Positions 56,625 through 64,000 of a stretch of 64,000 bases of DNA are shown piece after piece. Each line of letters starts with the position of its first letter. The first letter of the stretch is position 1. The DNA lies in assembly GCF_947568905.1 (NCBI RefSeq), contig NC_079169.1, positions 87,792,001 through 87,856,000 on the forward strand, read 5' to 3'. The notes beneath the pieces are model-generated. The model had not been told where the DNA came from. It did not search any database and was given only the letters and a program-made list of their open reading frames with translations. A program made the translations under genes and the position numbers. The DNA comes from Ostrea edulis (taxonomy: Eukaryota).

Positions 56625-59000
56625 GTAAGTTAATCTGTTGCCCTCTCTGAAAGTTCATCAGTTGTCTGTTGGTGAAAGTTAATCGGTTGTCCATTCTGGA
56701 AGTTAATCTGTTGTCTGTTCTGGAAGTTAATCTGTTGTCTGTTCTGGAAGTTAATCTGTTGTCCATTCTGGAAGTTAATCTGTTGTCCGTTCTGGAAGTT
56801 AATCTGTTGTCCGTTCTGGAAGTTAATCTGTTGTTGAAAGTTAATCTGTTGTCCATTCTGGAAGTTAATCTGTTGTTGAAAGTTAATCTGTTGTCCGTTC
56901 TGGAAGTTAATCTTTTGTTGAAAGTTAATCTGTTGTCGGTTCTGGAAGTTAAGGTAATTCCCCATACCACGTCAAATAACGTTTGAAACATTATTCATGA
57001 GTCACGAACGTTATCACACATTCAAAGAACCCGACGGCATTTTGGTGAATGTTGTAGACCGTATTAGGACTGATTGTTTGAAAGCAAACAACAAAAATTT
57101 AGAAATAAAAAACAACAACATACGAATCGCAATAATACAAACAAGCCGGTTCTATACAAAACAACGCTCGGGAGAGAAAATGCTTATAGTTATATATACA
57201 TTGCAAAATCGTAAACTTTACATACACATTGTGTTATGACACACAGTCGTTTAGTAATTCCCGTGAGATTTCTGCAAATATTACAGATTATGATATTAAA
57301 TTGTGTTGCCAACTTTCAATGTATCTATTGTAGGCCATTTGTTTTGTGTGATTTCTGATCATTAATGACGGGTAGAAATATCGAATCTCCTATAAACAAC
57401 AAAATGCGAATTTTTGTGTGCTTCATGTACTGACAGTCACACATTTTTGTTATGTTTTCCTTATAATTTTATACGACAAAAATCACTTTCGAGGCCCACC
57501 GAATCCATAATAAATGTGCATATACATGTATGTGCATATCTCAGTTGTGTCTAATGATTTCAGGGTGTTCAATTTAGATCATACGCTGACAGATTTGTCA
57601 CATAATTGGGCCCTATCTCTGGGCCTAGGTGTCGTACGTTTGTGTTATTGTACGTACAGTATGATCATGGGTGTTGTAATGTAATTTTCTTTTATCTAAA
57701 ACACTTTTCTGGCCGGACATGACCTTCACTGATGTTTTGATTAAAACGTCTCTGAATGTATGCGGTACTACATGTCGTTAACACTCACATCACATGGCTG
57801 TATCATATTGTTAAAAACTACCACGAACTAAAAATTACTAAGGGGGCGAAGAATACAGAATTCGGTATTTTAAAATATTCGAATTTCCCAAAATTTGTAA
57901 CTTGAGCATAGGTTAGTATTCTCTGAATGAGCGTTAAAAATGTAAATAAAATCATTCTGATCTACATCACTTTGTTCCAACTAGATCTGACGACATAATT
58001 TTTTCCATCTATTGTTACGTCATGTCAGTGTTCATGTGACGTAGGCTAAGCTCCATTGTAAAGTTAGGATTTTTGTAACTTCAAGCCCGATCCCTGAAGC
58101 TTATGGCAATCAATGAAAGTGGTTTTTAATTATTTGAAGCTTTAATGTTTTAACTACAGTATTTTTCAAAAAAACCACCCTGTAATATTTCTTGAAATGG
58201 TAATTTAGTAATGTAAATGATGAATGAAACATGTTTGCAGAGATAGGAATTTTAGACACCATTTTCCAATATGCGTTTTTTCAAGGTTTATAACCTAGAG
58301 GGGGTCATTAGGCTCTCAAATTATCCAATACCCTATCTACTTCTTATGTCAAATGATTGCTGGAGTGTAAAGGTAAAACATATTGAAATGTTTCAAAAAT
58401 CTGTAGGTTTTTGAAAACAGAATTTCCCAGATATGGTAGGGTATGATTTGTCAAAATTTGACTACTGTATGTGCATTTTCATCACCTTGAAACCAAGAGC
58501 ATGGTTCAGTCGATGAAAAATTATTGAAAACAGTCAAATGCAATACATTTTCATCAATTCATATGAAAGAAACCTATTTCTATCGTTTAAATAAAGACAG
58601 TGCCTTAAAATGTATGTATATTAACACTGCTTCTTTTAAAGTAATGTGTTCTATTTTTAGAAGTGGCTGTACTCTGGGAAAGGCCGCTAAACATATTTTT
58701 CTTCAGGAATTTGGTCAATATACATCCTCAACAAAATCCATGCAAATTTTGATAGAAATTAGAAAGGTTTTTCAATATTAAGATGTGGTATGGGGAATTA
58801 CCTTAATCTGTTGTTGAAAGTTAATCTGTTGTCCATTCTGGAAGTTAATCTGTTGTCCGTTCTGGAAGTTAATCTGTTGTCCGTTCTGGGAGTTAATCTG
58901 TTGTTGAAAGTTAATCTGTTGTTTGTTCTGGAAGTTAATCTGTTGTCCGTTCTGGAAGTTAATCTGTTGTCCATTCTGGAAGTTAATCTGTTGTTTTTTC
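56625..59000. repeat. 24/18-bp minisatellite (GTTAATCTGTTGTCCRTTCTGGAA / GTTAATCTGTTGTTGAAA) split into two arms by the TTAA element
   Basis: Arms at 56625-56952 and 58803-59000; source of the (NFQNGQQI)n and (VNLLSVLE)n ORFs. Confidence 0.92.
56953..58802. mobile_element. 1850-bp non-autonomous TTAA-target TIR element (Kolobok-like), family C, inserted in a minisatellite
   Basis: ttaa|GGTAATTCCCCATACCAC...GTGGTATGGGGAATTACC|ttaa; the flanking repeat resumes in register; no long ORF inside. Confidence 0.85.
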
Positions 59001-59169
59001 TCTTGTAAGATTATCCTTTGATGCTCATGAGTACCATCACCCATCATCTCTTTTAAGAACATCCTAGAAATCAGAAAAGCAATAGCCGTTTCCTTTAGAA
59101 ATTGTACTTATTCATAACTATACAGCAAATTTACCACTGTAAACCTTTACTAGACAGCAAAATAGCTTC

Positions 59170-62100
59170 TGTACACATTTACTATAGCAAGCTAAGGTGC
59201 ACATTTACTGTATAGAAAAATAGCAAAGGTACTCATTTACTGTATAGGAAATAGCTAAGGTACACATTTATTTTATAGGAAGATAGCTGAAGTATACATT
59301 TACTGTATAGGAAAATAGCTAAGGTACACATTTACTGTATAGGAAAATAGCAAAGGTACACATTTGCTGTATAGGAAAATAGCTAAGGTACACATTTGCT
59401 GTATAGGAAAATAGCTAATGTACACATTTACTGTATAGGAAGATAGCTAAAGTATACATTTACTGTATAGGAAAATAGCAAAAGTACACATTTACTGTAT
59501 AGGAAAATAGCTAATGTACACATTTGCTGTATAGGAAAATAGCTAAGGTACACATTTGCTGTATAGGAAAATAGCTAATGTACACATTTACTGTATAGGA
59601 AGATAGCTAAAGTATACATTTACTGTATAGGAAAATAGCAAAAGTACACATTTACTGTATAGGAAAATAGCTAAGGTACACCTTTACTGTATAGGAAAAT
59701 AGCTAAAGTACACATTTGTTGTATAGGAAAATAGCTAAGGTACACTTTTACTGTATAGGAAAATAGCTAAGGTACACATTTACTGTATAGGAAAATAGCA
59801 AAAGTACACATTTACTGTATAGGAAAATAGCTAAGGTACACCTTTACTGTATAGGAAAATAGCTAAAGTACACATTTGTTGTATAGGAAAATAGCTAAGG
59901 TACACTTTTACTGTATAGGAAAATAGCTAAGGTACACATTTACTGTATAGGAAAATAGCTAAGGTACACCTTTACTGTATAGGAAAATAGCTAAAGTACA
60001 CATTTGTTGTATAGGAAAATAGCTAAGGTACACCTTTACTGTATAGGAAAATAGCTAAGGTACACATTTACTGTATAGGAAAATAACTAAAGTATACATT
60101 TATTGTATAGGAAAATAGCTTAGGTACACCTTTACATTCTAGGAAAATAGCAAAGGTACACATTTGCTATATAGGAAAATAGCTAATTAAGGTACACCTT
60201 TACTGTATAGGAAAATAGCAAAGATACACATTTGCTGTATAGGAAATAGCAAAGGTACTTATTTACTGTATAGGAAAATAGCTGAGGTACACATTTACTG
60301 TATAGGAAAATAGCTAAGGTACACATTTGCTGTATAGCAAAATATCTAAGGTACACCTTTCCTGTATAGGGAAATAGCAAAAGTACACATTTGCTGTATA
60401 GGAAAATAGCTAAGGTACACATTTACTGTATAGGAAAATAGCTAAAGTACACATTTGTTGTATAGGAAAATAGCTAAGGTACACCTTTACTGTATAGGAA
60501 AATAGCTAAGGTACACATTTACTGTATAGGAAAATAACTAAAGTATACATTTATTGTATAGGAAAATAGCTTAGGTACACCTTTACATTCTAGGAAAATA
60601 GCAAAGGTACACATTTGCTATATAGGAAAATAGCTAATTAAGGTACACCTTTACTGTATAGGAAAATAGCAAAGATACACATTTGCTGTATAGGAAATAG
60701 CAAAGGTACTTATTTACTGTATAGGAAAATAGCTGAGGTACACATTTACTGTATAGGAAAATAGCTAAGGTACACATTTGCTGTATAGCAAAATATCTAA
60801 GGTACACCTTTCCTGTATAGGGAAATAGCAAAAGTACACATTTGCTGTATAGGAAAATAGCTAAGGTACACATTTACTGTATAGGAAAATAGCTAAAGTA
60901 CACATTTGTTGTATAGGAAAATAGCTAAGGTACACCTTTACTGTATAGGAAAATAGCTAAGGTACACATTTACTGTATAGGAAAATAGCTAAAATATACA
61001 TTTATTGTATAGGAAAGTAGCTTAGGTACACCTTTACATTCTAGGAAAATAGCAAAGGTACACATTTGTTATATAGGAAAATAGCTAATTAAGGTACACC
61101 TTTACTGTATAGGAAAATAGCAAAGATACACATTTGCTGTATAGGAAATAGCAAAGGTACTCATTTACTGTATAGGAAAATAGCTGAGGTACACATTTGC
61201 TGTATAGGAAAATAGCTAAGGTACACATTTGCTGTATAGGAAAATATCTAAGGTACACCTTTCCTGTATAGGGAAATAGCAAAAGTACACATTTGCTGTA
61301 TAGGAAAATAGCTAATGTACACATTTGTTGTATAGGAAAATAGCAATGGTACACCTTTACTGTATAGGAAAATAGCAAAAGTACACATTTGCTGTATAGG
61401 AAAATAGCTAATGTACACATTTGTTGTATAGGAAAATAGCAATGGTACACCTTTACTTTCTAGGAAAATAGCAAAGGTACACATTTGCTGTATAGGAAAA
61501 TAGCTAAGGTACACCTTTACTGTATAGGAAAATAGCAAAAGTACACATTTGCTGTATAGGAAAATAGCTAATGTACACATTTGTTGTATAGGAAAATATC
61601 AATGGTACACATTTACTGTATAGGAAAATAGCAAAGGTACACATTTGCTGTATAGGAAAATAGCAAAGGTACACATTTGTTGTATAGGAAAATAACTAAG
61701 GTACACCTTTAATTTCTAGGAAAATAGCAAAGGTACACATTTTCTGTATAGGAAAATAGCTGATTAAGGTACACATTTACTGTATAGGAAAATAGCTAAG
61801 GTACACATTTGCTGTATAGGAAAATAGCTAAGGTACACCTTTACTGTATAGGGAAATAGCAAAAGTACACATTTGCTGTATAGGAAAATAGCTAAGGTAC
61901 ACATTTGTTGTATAGGAAAATAGCTAAGGTACACCTTTACTGTGTAGGAAAATAGCAAAAGTACACATTTGCTGTATAGGAAAATAGCTAAGGTACACAT
62001 TTGTTGTATAGGAAAATATCAATGGTACACCTTTACTGTATAGGAAAATAGCAAAGGTACACATTTGCTGTATAGGAAAATAGCTAAGGTACACCTTTAC

Positions 62101-62910
62101 TGTATAGGAAAATAGCAAAGGTACACATTTGTTGTATAGGAAAATAGCAAAAGTACACATTTGCTGTATAGGAAAATAGCAAAGGTACACATTTATTGTA
62201 TAGGAAAATAGCTAGGGTACACATTTAGTGTATATGAAAATAGCTAAGATACACATTTACTGTATAGGAAAATAGGTAAGGTACACCTCTATTGTATAGG
62301 AAAATAGCTAATGTACACCTTTACTGTAAAGGAAAATAGCAAAGGTACACATTTGCTGTATTGGAAAAAGCTACGGTACACCTTTACTTTATGAGAAAAT
62401 AGCAAAGGTACACATTTACTGTATAGGAAAATAGCAAAGGTACACATTTGCTGTATAGAAAAATAGCAAAGGTACACATTTGCTGTATAGGAAAATAGCT
62501 ATGGTACACATTTACTGTATAGGAAAATAGCAAAGGTACACATTTACTGTATAGGAAAATAGCTAAGGTACACCTTTACTGTATAGGAAAATAGCAAAAG
62601 TACACATTTGCTGTATAGGAAAATAGCAAAGGTACACATTTGCTGTATAGGAAAATAGCTATGGTACACATTTACTGTATAGGAAAATAGCAAAGGTACA
62701 CATTTACTGTATAGGAAAATAGCTAAGGTACACCTTTACTGTATAGGGAAATAGCAAAAGTACACATTTGCTGTATAGGAAAATAGCTAATGTACACATT
62801 TGTTGTATAGGAAAATAGCGATGGTACACCTTTACTGTATAGGAAAATAGCAAAGGTACACCTTTACTGTATAGGAAAATAGCTATAAGAAAATAGCTAA
62901 GGTACACCTT
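59170..62910. repeat. About 3.7-kb minisatellite, 32-bp unit AAGGTACACATTTACTGTATAGGAAAATAGCT, with a 451-bp higher-order repeat
   Basis: Directly visible; the variant AGCTAATTAAGG recurs at 60181, 60632 and 61083. Confidence 0.97.
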
Positions 62911-64000
62911 TACAATAAGATTAAGACAGTGCATGCTTACTGTGTAGAGAAATAGCAGTACATATTTACTGTAGAAAAATTATCACAATATAGTTTGAAA
63001 ACAAGAATAACATAAGAAAGTTTTGTGAAATAAATGTGGTAATTAATTCAAGATGGATGAAACTTGCTAAAACTTGTTCTTTTGTATTTTGTATGGTGCA
63101 AGCTGAAATTGTTTTCTGTATTAAATCATGGCAGGTTTGAGGGCATCTGCTAAACTGCATAAACTTCATTCTTGTTTAATATGGCAAGTTTTAGGACACC
63201 TGCTAAAATCATTAACCTTTGATTGCTATAGTTATAAGACACCTGCTTAAAAGTTGTTTCCTATCAAAGGCAAGTTTAAGGGCCCCTGCAGAAATTAATG
63301 CATACTGTATATTGCTAGTTGACTCTTGATTGCAGTGCTTATATTAAAGAACTGTTATTTCAAAAATGGTGTATCTATGAATAAAGGTTTGTGTCCTCTT
63401 CCAATCTTTGGTAACTGTCTCTTGGAGAAATGTTTTCTTCTTCCCTGAAGCCTGGATCTGACACATATGAAAGTGGGGGCAGTGAGGTCAGAACCAAGGG
63501 TCTACACAGATAAGATCTCGTATAGATTATTGGAATATTCAATGCATAAAAAACCTTTTCACAGAATATGAGGAAACTAATTTGCTTAGTACACAAATAT
63601 GTTTGAATAATAGCCAATTTGTAACAAAAACATCAATATTTCATAGTTACAGATCCGATGTGCGGGTTTTGTGGTCAAATATTTAACACATTATTGACTA
63701 CCTGTGATAGAAAATATTGCTGTGAAACCAACAGTAAAAGTGATATTGAAGTGCATAAATACTTTAAGGCATTTCCAGCGTAGAGATAAACACAAATTTA
63801 AAATTCATGCATCAGAGGGGATAAACCGCTCAAATCACTGTAATCTTGGAAGTCAAGTCTCTATCAGACCAAATATGGAACCAGAAACAAATTATTGACC
63901 ATGTTATTAAAAAAGAATATATTTCTAACATCTCTTAAGCTATGAAATGGTCCCTAGGGGTAAATGTAGTTCTGTTTAATCTCAGAATATAGTTTTACAA

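Noticed and set aside
56566-59062. (NFQNGQQI)n, (TSRTDNRL)n and (VNLLSVLE)n ORFs resembling low-complexity proteins
   Set aside because: Products of a 24/18-bp minisatellite open in multiple frames and split by a transposon
60183-62934. Series of MCTLAIFLYSKC ORFs
   Set aside because: Translations of the 32-bp minisatellite
55398-64000. Next KIF13 exon (FHA domain)
   Set aside because: No AG-flanked segment encoding an FHA-like sequence was found; it probably lies beyond the window

Overview
Eukaryotic, AT-rich genomic DNA; the repeat content suggests an ostreid bivalve (oyster), which is an inference from recalled repeat families. The + strand carries ten internal coding exons (786-55397, 416 codons when spliced) of a kinesin-3 KIF13A/B orthologue; both gene ends lie outside the window. 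Its 22-kb intron (26656-48811) holds an antisense cluster of cell-surface protein genes: a two-exon 916-aa type I membrane protein with a Cys-free Asn/Gly/Pro/Trp-repeat ectodomain (its signal-peptide exon is absent from the ORF track), a single-pass membrane ORF of at least 218 aa, a 1404-aa LRR + mucin-stalk receptor, and a possible 63-aa secreted or GPI-type micro-ORF. The introns are rich in minisatellites, several seeded on splice junctions, and in transposons: TTAA-target TIR elements, TTA-target Harbinger-like MITEs, Helentron-type elements, a 5'-truncated L1/Tx1 LINE with target-site duplication, Penelope-like and SINE fragments. The long repetitive ORFs in the track are minisatellite artefacts.
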